DNA of 64,000 nucleotides from Alistipes sp. (GTDB lineage Bacteria > Bacteroidota > Bacteroidia > Bacteroidales > Rikenellaceae), in the NCBI GenBank assembly GCA_045654345.1, contig JAZOND010000027.1, positions 19,889 to 83,888 on the forward strand, given 5' to 3'. A program made the position numbers and the translations under genes. Shown here one piece after another: positions 58,221 through 64,000 of this stretch. Under the pieces are notes generated by a model. It was not told where the DNA came from and ran no database searches. It saw only the letters and a program-made list of their open reading frames with translations. Numbering within the stretch: the first letter of the stretch is position 1; each line of letters opens with the position of its first letter.

Positions 58221-60074
58221 CTACTGACCATCAATCATCTTAATCTTTGCCACGATATCGGCAATCTCGCGCTTTGTTGCCTCAATCTTGACCTTAACCT
58301 CAGCAATCATAGACTCTGCGCCCTTTGACTTTGAGAAGAAGCCGATATTATTTTCAAGGGTTGCAACCTCCTGCTCGAGCTGACGCACTCTGTTGTAGAG
58401 TTTCTCGCGCTCGCTACGCAGGCGACGGTCACCACTCTGACGCATAGTATTCACACGCTCCTTAAAGCGGTTGAGCGAACTCTCACGGTCAGCACCGCGA
58501 ACAACTGCAAACAGACGATCAAGAGCCTGCTTATATTGTTTCTGAATCTCATCCTTATGCTTAATAGGCACAAAACCAATCTCGCCCCAGCGACGCTGAT
58601 ACTCCTTAATAGCCTCATAACCGCCTACGCTCACATCGGCGTTATTCATCTCCTCAAGCAGAGCCTGCTTCTTAGCAAGGTTTGCAGAGAACTTATCCTC
58701 GACTGTTGCGAAGTGCGCGCTCTTGCGCTCAAAGAAACGGTCACAAGCGGCACGGAAACGCTGCCAAATAGCATCTGCGTGGCGACGAGATACGGCACCC
58801 ACCTTCTTCCACTGCGCCTGCAGCTCGAGAAGTTGCTCGGTTGCAGCCTTCCAATCCTCGCTCTCCTGCAGCGCCTCAGCAGCCTGACAGAGTGACTCCT
58901 TGAGGGCAAGGTTCTGCTCCATATCGTCCTTAACATCAGCATAGTAGGTGTGCTTAAGCTCGAAGAAACGGTCACAAGCAGCACGGAAGCGGTCGTAAAT
59001 CTTGGCATTATCCTTCTTTGGAGCAAAGCCGATGGTGCGCCACTGAGCCTGAAGCTCGATAAGACGCTCTGATGCACGATTCCACTCCTTATGGTTTGCA
59101 GGAACTACTGCTACCAAAGCCTCAGCAGCCTCACAGAGAGCTGTCTTAGCGGCCAGATTATTAACCTGCTCCTGCTTAAGAGACTCGAAGTGCTCCTGAT
59201 GGCGACGGTTAACCACTGCCGATGCAGCCTTGAAACGCTCCCAGAGCGACTCCTTATACTCTGCAGCCACAGGACCTGTCTCGCGCCACTGCTCGTGGAG
59301 CTTCTGCAACTTACGGAATGCCTCAACAACATTATCCTCTGCAGCAAGAGCCTCAGCAGCCTGACACAGAGCCGTCTTAGCCTCGAGATTCTTCTTCCAA
59401 TCCAAATCGCGCAACTCCTTATTGATATTCACAAAGTCATAAAAACGCTCTACGTGGAGGTTATAGGTCTCCCAAAGGTCGTTAATCTTAGCCTGCGGAA
59501 CCTGACCGATAGCCTTCCAACGAGACTGCAGCTCGCGGAAACGAGCAAAGGTTACATTAATAGTCTCCTCTGCAGAGATAAGAGCCTTAAGTTCCTCGAT
59601 AATCTCCGCCTTCTGACGATAGTTCTCCTCCTTAACCTTCTCGGTCTCGGCAACAGCGCGATCACGACGCTCTCTGTATACCTTGAGGAGCTCCTTAAGG
59701 CGAAGCTCGTCAGCATCAGCCTCAACAACAACCTCCTGACCCTCGGCAGCCTCCTTAAGGCGGCTATCTACCTGAGCGCGGTGAATCTTGTAAAAGGCGG
59801 TCTTAATATCGTCAACATACTGGCGAACATCTGGTACTATATCCTGCTCGAGCAAAAAGGCAAGCATATCAACAAGCTCAGCCTTGCTCTTACCGGCAAT
59901 CTGATACTCTACCTCAACCTCAACAGGCTCCTCGATGACCGCATCCGACTCTAAATCATCGGCCGTACAATCGACATCATTTAAACTCTGATCAACACAA
60001 TTGATAGACGCATCCTCAGCAACGCTGACAACCTCCACATCGGGAGTCTCCATAGGTTTAATAGTAGTAGACAT
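58221..60074 (-). CDS. DUF349 domain-containing protein
   Basis: Repeated LQ.RW..IG.VP...LWERF..A.D.FF units with N(L)..K..LC..AE.L spacers. Confidence 0.88.
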   Translation of the reverse strand: MSTTIKPMETPDVEVVSVAEDASINCVDQSLNDVDCTADDLESDAVIEEPVEVEVEYQIAGKSKAELVDMLAFLLEQDIVPDVRQYVDDIKTAFYKIHRAQVDSRLKEAAEGQEVVVEADADELRLKELLKVYRERRDRAVAETEKVKEENYRQKAEIIEELKALISAEETINVTFARFRELQSRWKAIGQVPQAKINDLWETYNLHVERFYDFVNINKELRDLDWKKNLEAKTALCQAAEALAAEDNVVEAFRKLQKLHEQWRETGPVAAEYKESLWERFKAASAVVNRRHQEHFESLKQEQVNNLAAKTALCEAAEALVAVVPANHKEWNRASERLIELQAQWRTIGFAPKKDNAKIYDRFRAACDRFFELKHTYYADVKDDMEQNLALKESLCQAAEALQESEDWKAATEQLLELQAQWKKVGAVSRRHADAIWQRFRAACDRFFERKSAHFATVEDKFSANLAKKQALLEEMNNADVSVGGYEAIKEYQRRWGEIGFVPIKHKDEIQKQYKQALDRLFAVVRGADRESSLNRFKERVNTMRQSGDRRLRSEREKLYNRVRQLEQEVATLENNIGFFSKSKGAESMIAEVKVKIEATKREIADIVAKIKMIDGQ

Positions 60075-60129
60075 ATCGTTTATTTTGTTTAAAAAAGTAC
60101 CATACTATTTTATTAAAAAAAGTATCGCA

Positions 60130-60160
60130 CAAAGATAGAAAAAGCAAATCAAAATTCAAA
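60130..60160 (-). promoter_or_regulatory. Promoter of DUF349 gene
   Basis: Minus TTTG (60160-57), 19 nt spacer, TATCTTTG (60137-30). Confidence 0.7.
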
Positions 60161-60196
60161 GGACAGACTCTAATTTTATTGCACTTTTTTGCACAA

Positions 60197-60229
60197 TTTG
60201 GCAATTTAAGTTATTTTTTCATAACTTTG
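60197..60229 (+). promoter_or_regulatory. Promoter of response regulator
   Basis: TTTG (60197-200), 21 nt spacer, TAACTTTG (60222-29). Confidence 0.7.
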
Positions 60230-60259
60230 TAAAGTTATTTATAGACAAAAAGCATTTTG

Positions 60260-60934
60260 ATGACACAGCGAATACTCATAGTTGACGACGAGGACGATAT
60301 CCGCGAATTTATGGGTTACAACCTGCGAAAGGAGGGCTATCAGATATTCACCGCCACCAATGGTGCCGAGGCTATCGAGGTGGCTCGACAGGTGTTGCCG
60401 CACCTTATAATTCTCGATATGATGATGCCGATTATGGATGGCAGAAGTGCCTGCGAAAAGATGCGAAAAATCCCCGAATTAGAGCAGACAATAATCCTCT
60501 TTTTATCAGCCATACAAGAGGAGGAGTGTCAGCTCAGCAGTTTTCGTGCAGGTGCCGACGACTACATCACTAAGCCTGTGAGTATGAAGGTGTTATGCAG
60601 TCGCGTCGGAGCTATAATGAAGCGTCTTAAACAGAGAGACACACCTAAAACGGAGTCGCAAATTTCCATCGACAACATCAGCCGCAAAGTCATCTCTCCC
60701 AAGGGCGAATTTATCCTTCCGCGCAAGGAGTTTGAACTACTCAATTTGCTCATTTCCCAGCCCGAAAAAGTATTTACCCGAGAAGAGATTTTTGAGCATA
60801 TTTGGGGCGGCGAGGTGGTTGTTGGCGACCGCACTTTGGATGTCCACATTCGCCGACTGAGGCGCAAGCTGGGTGACCGAACCATTATCACCCACAAAGG
60901 TATCGGTTTTAAGTTCGATACGGGCAGTAAATAG
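60260..60934 (+). CDS. OmpR/PhoB-family response regulator (no adjacent kinase)
   Basis: ILIVDDE, LDMMMP, FLSA, DDYITKP, LDVHIRRLRRKLG. Confidence 0.92.
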   Translation: MTQRILIVDDEDDIREFMGYNLRKEGYQIFTATNGAEAIEVARQVLPHLIILDMMMPIMDGRSACEKMRKIPELEQTIILFLSAIQEEECQLSSFRAGADDYITKPVSMKVLCSRVGAIMKRLKQRDTPKTESQISIDNISRKVISPKGEFILPRKEFELLNLLISQPEKVFTREEIFEHIWGGEVVVGDRTLDVHIRRLRRKLGDRTIITHKGIGFKFDTGSK

Positions 60935-60996
60935 CAGATATTCTGCAGAAAACAGTCATTTTTGTCGAAGATGGCTAAATATTTATAAATATTTAC

Positions 60997-61004
60997 TATC
61001 TTTG
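60997..61004 (+). promoter_or_regulatory. -7 element for ackA operon
   Basis: TATCTTTG 28 nt before ATG 61033. Confidence 0.55.
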
Positions 61005-61032
61005 CCTCTTGGAAACAAATTTCACAAAAGAT

Positions 61033-62235
61033 ATGGTTATTTTAGTTTTGAATTGCGGCAGTTCGTCGATCAAGTATCAGGTTATCGACATCTGCGAGGG
61101 CAGCAACACGCTGCTTGCTAAGGGTATTGTTGATCGTATTGGCCTGTCTGAGGGCGACCTTGTTCACAAGCCGGTGGGCAAAGATGTATTTAAGTTACAC
61201 CAGCCTATCGCTAACCACACTACAGGTATCCGCCTTGTACTCGACGCGCTGACCAACCCTGAGCACGGTGTTATCTCTTCTCTGGATGAGGTTAAGGCTG
61301 TAGGTCATCGTGTAGCTCACGGTGGTGAGTTCTTCGAGTGCAGCTGCATTGTTAACGAGGATGTTAAGGCTAAGATTCGCTCACTGTTCGACATCGCTCC
61401 ACTCCACAACCCTGCAAACCTCGAGGGTATCCTCTCTATCGAGCAGGTATTGCCAAATGTAAAGCAGGTGGCTGTATTTGACACCTCATTCCACCAGAGC
61501 ATCGAGCCAATCAACTACCTCTATGCTCTGCCATACGAGTACTATGAGAAGTATCGCGTGCGTCGCTACGGCTTCCACGGAACAAGCCACAAGTTTGTAG
61601 CTAAGGTGGGTGCTGAGCTTACAGGTCTTGACCTTGAGAACTCTAAGATTGTAACTTGCCACATCGGCAATGGCGCATCTGTTACCGCTATTAAGAATGG
61701 TAAGAGTGTCTGCACCTCTATGGGCTTCTCTCCTGTAGACGGCCTTGTTATGGGTACTCGCTGCGGTGATGTTGACCCATCGGCTCTGCTCTTCATCGCT
61801 GAGAAGGAGGGTATGAATCTTGCAGATATCAACAATATGATAAACAAGCGTTCTGGCGTTGAGGGCCTGTCTGGCATCTCAAGCGATATGCGTGATATTG
61901 ACGATGCATATGATGCAGGTAACCCACGCGCTATTGTTGCTCGTGACCTCTACTACGACCGCGTACGCCAGTATATAGGTAAGTATGCAGCCCTGATGGG
62001 TGGTGTAGACCTTATCATCTTCACCGGTGGTGTTGGTGAGAACTCTTGGGATCTGCGTGCTCGCGCAACTATGGGTCTGGAGTTTATGGGCGTTGAGATT
62101 AACGACGCAGTAAACCGCCCTACTCGCGGCACTGATACCATCATCTCGACTGAGAACTCTCGCGTAAAGGTTGCTGTAATTGCAACAAACGAGGAGCTTG
62201 TTATCGCTACTGATACATATAACTTGACAAAATAA
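61033..62235 (+). CDS. ackA: Acetate kinase
   Basis: NCGSSSIK, GHRVAHGG, APLHNP, RRYGFHGTSH, HIGNGAS, FTGGVGEN, TNEE. Start reset to 61033. Confidence 0.95.
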   Translation: MVILVLNCGSSSIKYQVIDICEGSNTLLAKGIVDRIGLSEGDLVHKPVGKDVFKLHQPIANHTTGIRLVLDALTNPEHGVISSLDEVKAVGHRVAHGGEFFECSCIVNEDVKAKIRSLFDIAPLHNPANLEGILSIEQVLPNVKQVAVFDTSFHQSIEPINYLYALPYEYYEKYRVRRYGFHGTSHKFVAKVGAELTGLDLENSKIVTCHIGNGASVTAIKNGKSVCTSMGFSPVDGLVMGTRCGDVDPSALLFIAEKEGMNLADINNMINKRSGVEGLSGISSDMRDIDDAYDAGNPRAIVARDLYYDRVRQYIGKYAALMGGVDLIIFTGGVGENSWDLRARATMGLEFMGVEINDAVNRPTRGTDTIISTENSRVKVAVIATNEELVIATDTYNLTK

Positions 62236-62245
62236 ATAATTGACT

Positions 62246-63148
62246 ATGAAGCATTTACAAGAAATAGTAGAGGCTGCTCAGGCTCGTGGCAAGAAGCGTC
62301 TTGCAGTAGCTTATGGACAGGACTCTCACACCATTGAGGCTGTTTACGATGCATACAACGAGGGTCTGGTAACCCCTATCCTCTACGGTGACCGCATCAC
62401 TATCGAGAAGGTGTGCAAGGACCTCAACATCGACAGCTCTGTATTCCAGATTATCGACGAGAAGAGCGATGTTAAGGCTGCTAAGCTCGCTGCTACAGCT
62501 GTAGCGTCAGGCGATGCTGATGTACTTATGAAGGGTATGCTGCCAACTGATAAGTATATGCGCGCAATTCTCAACAAGGATCTTGGTCTCTGCCCTCCTA
62601 AGGCTGTGCTTAGCCACGTATCTGTATTTGAGTGGTCTGGCTACCACAAGCTCCTGCTTGCATCTGATATCGCGATTATCCTTCAGCCGGATATCAAGCA
62701 GAAGCAGCAGCAGATTGAGTATCTGCGTCAGGTAGCTGTAGCTTTAGGCGTTGACACACCTAAGGTTGGTTGCGTAGCTCCATCAGAGCAGGTGCTCCCA
62801 GCATCAGTATCATCTATCGAGGGTGCTATGCTTGCAAAGATGGCAGATCGCGGTCAGCTCGGCAATGTTATTGTTGACGGCCCGCTCTCACTCGATGTAG
62901 CCCTCTTCAAGGAGGTTGCTGACCACAAGAAGGTTAAGGGTTCTGCTATCGCAGGCGATGTTGACGCGCTGCTGTTCCCTAACATCGAATCTGGTAATGT
63001 GTTCTTTAAGTCTGTATCACACCTTGCCGGTGGCGAGATTGCCGCTATCGTTATGGGCGCTAAGGTTCCTTGCGTGCTCACTTCACGCGGTGACTCTGCA
63101 GCCTCTAAGAAGTTCTCTATCGCCCTGGCTTGTCTGCTTGCAAAGTAA
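62246..63148 (+). CDS. Phosphate acyltransferase, short Ptb (phosphate butyryltransferase)-type
   Basis: LMKGM, SHV, VDGPLSLDVA, DALLFPNIESGNV, VLTSRGDS. Confidence 0.88.
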   Translation: MKHLQEIVEAAQARGKKRLAVAYGQDSHTIEAVYDAYNEGLVTPILYGDRITIEKVCKDLNIDSSVFQIIDEKSDVKAAKLAATAVASGDADVLMKGMLPTDKYMRAILNKDLGLCPPKAVLSHVSVFEWSGYHKLLLASDIAIILQPDIKQKQQQIEYLRQVAVALGVDTPKVGCVAPSEQVLPASVSSIEGAMLAKMADRGQLGNVIVDGPLSLDVALFKEVADHKKVKGSAIAGDVDALLFPNIESGNVFFKSVSHLAGGEIAAIVMGAKVPCVLTSRGDSAASKKFSIALACLLAK

Positions 63149-63165
63149 TACGACCATATAAATAG

Positions 63166-63212
63166 TGCCGAAGTCTCTGCATACATCTGTATGTTGCGAT
63201 TTCGGCATTTTT
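63166..63212 (+). terminator. Extended hairpin terminator
   Basis: TGCCGAAGTC ... GATTTCGGCA with inner GCATACA/TGTATGT stem, followed by T5. Confidence 0.7.
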
Positions 63213-63226
63213 GTAATTTTTAGACT

Positions 63227-63655
63227 ATGAAGATTCTAATCCTCAACGGAGCAAACCTCAACCTGCAGGGTAAGCGCGACAAGGGCGTCTATGGCTGTGA
63301 GAGTTTCGACAGCTTTATTCCTCGTCTGCAGGCGTTATATCCTGACCAGACCATAGAGTACTATCAGTCCAACATCGAGGGCGAGATTGTAACGGCACTA
63401 CACAATGCTGAGGGTAACTACGACGGTGTGTTGCTCAACGCAGGCGGATACACCCACACCTCGGTGGTTATTCGCGATGCCATCTCGGCAATTGACACTC
63501 CTGTAGTGGAGATTCACATCTCCAATATTGCAGCGCGTGAGGAGTTTCGTCACACAACGCTCATTGGCAGCGTAGCCATAGGCAGCGTAGTGGGCTTTGG
63601 ACTCAACTCGTATCGCCTTGGTATTGAGGCACTTAAGCTCCACCTTGAGCAGTAG
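63227..63655 (+). CDS. aroQ: Type II 3-dehydroquinate dehydratase
   Basis: NGANLNLQGKR..VYG, QSNIEG, LNAGGYTHTS, EIHISNI, REEFRH. Confidence 0.94.
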   Translation: MKILILNGANLNLQGKRDKGVYGCESFDSFIPRLQALYPDQTIEYYQSNIEGEIVTALHNAEGNYDGVLLNAGGYTHTSVVIRDAISAIDTPVVEIHISNIAAREEFRHTTLIGSVAIGSVVGFGLNSYRLGIEALKLHLEQ

Positions 63656-63661
63656 TAAATT

Positions 63662-64000
63662 ATGGCACAGCAACTGAGAGACAAGGTAGCCTCCGGTGTG
63701 GCGTGGAGCGTGGCTGAGAAGTTAGGCTCTATGGCGTTGCAGATGGTGGTTAGCATCGTGGTGGCGCGACTGCTGCTACCCGAAGACTTCGGTGTGCTTG
63801 CCATACTCACATTCTTTACAGCCCTATCTATCGTTGTTATAGATAGCGGATACTCGCAGACGCTCATTGGCAAGACTGAGCCAACTGATACCGACTACAA
63901 GAGCGTATTTATCTTCAACATCGGCGTATCTATCGCCCTCTATGCCCTACTTGTAGCCATCAGTCCGCTGATAGCCTCATACTACAACCTGCCGATAATC
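63662..64000 (+). CDS. Wzx-type polysaccharide flippase, truncated by window edge
   Basis: Not in ORF track. Reads MAQQLRDKVASGVAWSVAEKLG...IVVARLLLPEDFG...DSGYSQTLI. Confidence 0.85.
   Translation, partial: MAQQLRDKVASGVAWSVAEKLGSMALQMVVSIVVARLLLPEDFGVLAILTFFTALSIVVIDSGYSQTLIGKTEPTDTDYKSVFIFNIGVSIALYALLVAISPLIASYYNLPII

Noticed and set aside
1-64000. DGR template repeat, reverse transcriptase, transposase, integrase, tRNA or rRNA genes
   Set aside because: None recognised on reading either strand; short tRNAs cannot be fully excluded without tRNAscan.
1-64000. Stop-codon reassignment or programmed frameshift
   Set aside because: Conserved proteins are full length and end at the expected TAA/TAG under the standard code; the only broken frame is the LRR remnant.

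Overview
64-kb chromosomal window from a Bacteroidota bacterium, probably Bacteroidales/Rikenellaceae (Alistipes-like). This is inferred from repeated TAnnTTTG (-7)/TTTG (-33) promoters, A-rich leaders without Shine-Dalgarno sites, and gene order. About 60 mostly housekeeping CDS are present: uvrB end, lon, kdsB/A/D, rpsU, gyrA, recQ, ruvA, aspS, rarA, luxS, ftsH, rluB-like, hpt, queE, yidC, pyrG, ackA and aroQ, plus GH2/GH3/GH97 hydrolases and lipoproteins. I found no rRNA, tRNA, CRISPR array, integrase, transposase or reverse transcriptase. The main signals are: (1) a 127-128 nt structured element present twice (12784-12911 and 25409-25535), ending at the stop codon of a convergent gene, with at least six compensatory base-pair changes and G-U pairs that work only on the + strand; (2) a PEGA/DUF1566-like secreted protein whose C-terminus has the codon signature of a diversity-generating-retroelement variable region, with no RT or template in the window; (3) a CTP synthase whose glutaminase catalytic Cys is Gly, with decay of neighbouring glutaminase/GTP motifs; (4) an apparent AI-2E transporter-luxS-pfs operon; (5) a Kdo operon containing a GH2 and a sugar-phosphate antiporter. 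All family calls come from motif recognition, not database searches.
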